From assembly GCA_964016885.1 (NCBI GenBank), contig OZ024740.1, forward strand, positions 254,448,001-254,512,000: DNA of 64,000 nucleotides, written 5' to 3'. Position 1 is the stretch's first letter. The number at the start of each line of letters is the position of its first letter. The notes beneath the pieces were generated by a model. It was not told the origin of the DNA. It was given only the letters and a program-made list of their open reading frames with translations, and did not search any database. Below are positions 60,039 through 64,000 of this stretch, in pieces. The position numbers were made by a program, and so were the translations under genes. The DNA is from Eledone cirrhosa. Taxonomy: Eukaryota.

Positions 60039-62490
60039 ACAAAAATTCTAATACAAACTACATAAATGCTCGTACGATATATATGAAAGATTTGATACGA
60101 AAAATATTAATTCAGACCCCCCCCCCCAAAAAAAAAAATACTGATATACGAGAAACTGAAGCAGAGATACCACTAAGAAATCTAGAAAGCACGGAAATGA
60201 GGCAGCCATCGGATAAGAAAGCAAGTATCTGGGGTCTATCACTTCCTGGACGTTACCCTCGACCTCGATAATGACCTGTACTACCCATACAGGAAACCCA
60301 ACGACAACCTGCACTACATCCACCGCCGGTCAAACCATCCTCGAAACATCACCAATAACCTGGTTAAAAACATCTCCCTCCGCATATCTCGTTTGTCCGC
60401 TAATGAGCAGATATTCGAGGAACATGCGCCTTATTACAACCAGGCCCTCAAGCGGAGTGGCTTCCGGGAGGAAATATCCTACTGTCCAGCTCCCATTAGC
60501 GGAACCAGCAGGCGACACCGCCGCTCACGCAACGTAACATGGTTCAATCCTCCCCACAACGCCGAGGTGACAACACCTATCGGGAAAATCTTCTTTAGGC
60601 TCATCGAAAAACACTTCCCACTACAACACCGCTACCACAACATAATCAACAAAAATACCATCAAACTCTCCTACAGCACCACACCTAACTTTGCACAAAA
60701 CATCGTCTCCTCTAACAACAAGAAACTCAACCCCTATGGAAGAAATAACCTAAATAGCAGCGGAGAGCCGACCAGGAGGTGCAACTGTCCTGATGGATCC
60801 ATTTCCCCCTCGACAACAGATGCAGAGATCGTAATGTGATCTACCAGAGCAACGTGAGGACGGACACCTCCAACAAAGCTTATATAGGATTAACCGCATG
60901 TGACTTCAAGACTGGGCTATACCAACACAGACATACTTTCCGAAACCCGGCCCGGCGTCACGCCACCACACTTTCCGGCCATATCTGGGACCTCAAAGAT
61001 AACAATATTACCTATGATCTCACTTGGAGCTTACTGTCCAGAGCCAACTCTTACACGGGAGGACGCCGTCCGTGCAATTTATGCTCGGAGGAAACTTTAC
61101 AAATGCTGTTTTCGACGGACCAACTCCTAAACAAGAAAGACGAACTGGTAACTGCATGCAAACACAGATTGCGTAGGACTTACCTCGCCCTCAAACCCCA
61201 TAATGACCCGGGGGGAGGGAGGGTAGACAAGGTCTGTAACACCCCACTTGCCGACTTTGTAATGGGTAACCCCTGCTTGCAAAGGTAGACGTAAGATTTT
61301 CTTATATATCAAGTCTATATTTCCTTCTCCCCCCCTCCCTTCCTAGTCCTTCCACCCCAGTTCTCCTTCTTTGTCGTCGTCCTTTTCACTTTCTCGCCCA
61401 CCCCGAGGCAGCCCTTCGGTCCGTTGTAGCCTCAGTACCCCCACCCCCATCCCCTATTCTATGATAGAATTGGCCGACTCCGCTTTTTATAGCAGATGTG
61501 ATAGACCCCAGATACTTGATTTCTTACCCGATGTCTGCCCCATTTCCGTGCTTTCTAGATTTGTTAGTGGTATCTCTGCTTCAGTTTCTCGTATATCAGT
61601 ATTTATTGGGGGGGGGGGGATTCTGAATTAATATTTTTCGTATCAAACTTTTCATATATATCTTATGAGCATTTATGTAGTTTGTATTAGAATTTTTGTA
61701 CCGTAGCGGCACCCTTATATATTGTATTAGTATTCATTTTCGGGATTCTGAATTATTATTTCGTATTAGTTTCGGGACTCTGAATTATTATTTCGTAGTA
61801 GTTTCTTTAGTATTTTGGCCCCCTACTTGTTGACCTGTCACTGTAAGATAGATTTGGATGATTGCTACTAACTCATAAAATTCGTTCACTACAATCTCGT
61901 ATTTAGTATTCCGTCCCACCTATTAAACTTTTCTATAGTTTGGCAGTACCAGTGAGAGACTTGATGATTGTGGTAAGGGAATAGTAACCAGAAATTGTTT
62001 TTTTTATATTTTTAACATTCTTATTATTCTTCTATATATTTACTCCATATTGATTTACTTATTGTTTCGACTTCCTCCCTCTCACCCTCCCTAGTATACT
62101 TTCTCGACCTCTTATCCTTAGGATCCTGCTATAGTTGGCACTATCAACGCACGACTGGGTTTCCTCCACTCCCTCTCCCTCTTTCTTCTACTGGCAAGTT
62201 CAGCTACCCCTTCCTTCCATAAAATGCCATGATAGAATTATGTGTCTCAACAACAAACTTTTGACCAATCCTTGTGACAATCACTTTTACCATATATGGA
62301 ATTACCCCCTGAGAAGCTCGGCTATTCATGTACCAGGATAAAAATTTTCATTTAGTCCAGAATTAGCCGTCGAAACGGCTTGAGCTCAGCCGTCGGGGTC
62401 CTACTCGTTCCTATTACCCACTCTACTACCCTAAGTATTGAGTACTTTGGTGCGTTATGGTCCATCTGGTTCCTTACCACATTTCCTTCG

Positions 62491-62492
<2 letters not shown>
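60039..62492 (+). mobile_element. 5'-truncated Penelope-like element (RT thumb + GIY-YIG, Naiad-like) with inverted 5' pseudo-LTR piece and 3' hammerhead
   Basis: Reads SNHP...YNQALKRSG...WFNPP...CNCPDGSI.P...NVIYQS...AYIGLT..FKT..YQH...CNLC. 60039-60242 is the reverse complement of 61498-61700. Ends in (TA)n. Confidence 0.92.
62304..62399 (+). ncRNA. Type I hammerhead in the Penelope 3' repeat (core has a 1-nt lesion)
   Basis: ACCCC-CTGAGAA..CGGCTA...TAGCCG TC-GAAA-CGGCT TGAGCTC AGCCG-TC|-GGGGT. GUC site ends at 62394. Confidence 0.72.
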
Positions 62493-62527
<35 letters not shown>

Positions 62528-62589
62528 CATGTATGCATGTGTATGTATATGCGCAGGCACATAGAAATAATCGGGCTGGATACGCGATC

Positions 62590-62875
62590 GTGCGGTTAAA
62601 CCACTGGGAGTGAAGGACCCCTAGCCTTTTGTCAGGGCAACTCAGGAAACTGGGATAACTCTGGCTCAGTAGTTACCGATGATGTTGATCTTTTCTTTTT
62701 TTCGTGTTATAGCTACTGTTGCCCAGAGAGTGAGATTGGCTCAGTGCACAGTCTTTCCTCACTTAAAAAAAAAATGTTCACGCACAGGCATTGCACGATA
62801 GAATTAGTTGATAGTTATTAATAATGTTATATCGTGCAATGTCCATACTCAATAACGAGGAGGCAGCCATCATGT
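62590..62875 (+). mobile_element. Diverged relative of the non-autonomous RTE element
   Basis: Shares ctagccttt.gtca.ggca, gatgttga and ggcagcca.catgtatg with 46979-47581. Confidence 0.6.
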
Positions 62876-62884
62876 ATGTATGTA

Positions 62885-64000
62885 TGAAGGTTCTCCAGAA
62901 ACTTGGTTGCCCTGATAAGTTCCTTGCTTTGGGTAGGTCTTTCCATGACGACATGAAGGTTTGGGTCAGAGGTAACATGTCGGAGTCTATCTCAGTAAAA
63001 AATGGAGTGAAACAGGGGGATATTCCAGCACCGACCCTGTTTGCCATATACTTTGCAATGGTTTTCTATATTGCATTCAGAAATTGCGAGCATGGTGTTT
63101 ACATCTATTATTGAACCTCTGGCAGCATATTTAATATTAGGCGCTTTGCTGCAAAAACAAAAGTATTTGCATCAATCATAAGAGACCTTTTGTATTCAGA
63201 TGATTGCGATCTTGTAGCGCACACAGAGATTGATATGCAACACATTTTGAATGCATTTTCTGATGCTTGCACTGCCCTAGGATTGACTGTCAATCTCAAG
63301 AAAACCGTCATCATGTACCAACCTGCCTCTGGTAAGCAGTACAGTGAACCAAATATCTATGCGTATTGTAAACGACTTGGAGTGGTTGATCAGTTTGTCT
63401 ACCTGGGAAGCACTGTCAATCGATACAGCAATCTTGATAATGAAATTCCACTCAGGATTAGGAAAGCAAGTGATGCTTTCGGAAAGCTAGAAAGGCGCCT
63501 CTGGGGTCGGCGAGACATATGCAAGAAGACAAAGGTAAAGGTGTACAATGCATGTGTGCTCTCTTCTCATTTTTATGCCTGCGAGACCTGGGTCACATAT
63601 CGACACCACCTTAAACAATTCGAGCGTTTCCATCAGATGTGTTTCAGACGGATCCATGGCGTTCACTGGAGGGACCACATCAGTGATGTCGAGAATTTGG
63701 AAAGCTCTCTGTGTGGTAGTATAGAAGCTCTTGTGCTTAAGCAAAGAATCCGATGGAGTGGTTACCTTGCCAGGATGAAGGATTCTAGAATACCGAAACT
63801 CTTTTATGGAGAGTTAGTTAAAGGAAAACGACCTCCACATAAACCCCCAAAATGAGGTATAAGGATTCGTTGAAAGCCTCTTTGAAAGACGCTAACTTCT
63901 CTGCTGATACATGGGAAAATGTTGCTGCTGATCGTAATAAATGGAGAAAGACTGTATATGAGGGAAAAGTTGCCTTTGAGGCACCTCGAATCGCATACGA
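62885..64000 (+). mobile_element. RTE-clade LINE reverse transcriptase region (decayed; runs off the window)
   Basis: LQKLGCPDKF, GVKQGDIPAPTLF, LLYSDDC (YADD-type), DQFVYLGS, RWSGYLARM; stops present. Confidence 0.92.

Noticed and set aside
60780-61290. Selenocysteine/SECIS recoding as reported for some Naiad PLEs
   Set aside because: Conserved Cys positions use TGC/TGT, no in-frame TGA sits at those sites, and no convincing SECIS stem follows the ORF. The same holds for 23930-24330.
61950-62000. Second hammerhead in the PLE 3'UTR (TTGATGA...GAAA)
   Set aside because: Core mutated; no stem I or III pairing.

Overview
AT-rich, repeat-dense animal genomic DNA. The tRNA-headed ~190-bp SINE and the huge (TA)n/(TACA)n arrays suggest a coleoid cephalopod such as Octopus (inferred). 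Only one convincing host CDS is present: an intronless 491-aa predicted 5-TM protein (39962-41437, minus strand). A decayed tRNA-Pro(AGG) lies at 56904-56975 and a 200-N assembly gap at 23021-23220. The rest is transposon debris. A decayed Helitron (~4.6-14.0 kb) carries a TA-flanked MITE, two SINEs and a full-length Ty3/Gypsy LTR element; removing the MITE and the LTR element restores Rep reading frames. There are also four Penelope-like (RT/GIY-YIG) elements, RTE, CRE, R4/Dong and Tx1/L1 fragments, and many SINEs. The most striking hidden signal is a set of about a dozen intact, variant or decayed type I hammerhead-ribozyme motifs, read by eye in short non-coding islands inside the microsatellites. 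They include a non-coding ~427-bp tandem unit (retrozyme-like, 58955-59507), two head-to-head inverted ribozyme pairs (33560-34012, 37121-38071) and ribozymes in Penelope 3' ends. An HDV-like fold candidate sits at the 5' end of a non-autonomous RTE derivative (46979-47060). All RNA folds were assigned manually and need covariance-model or in vitro confirmation. Most long ORFs in the track are microsatellite artefacts.
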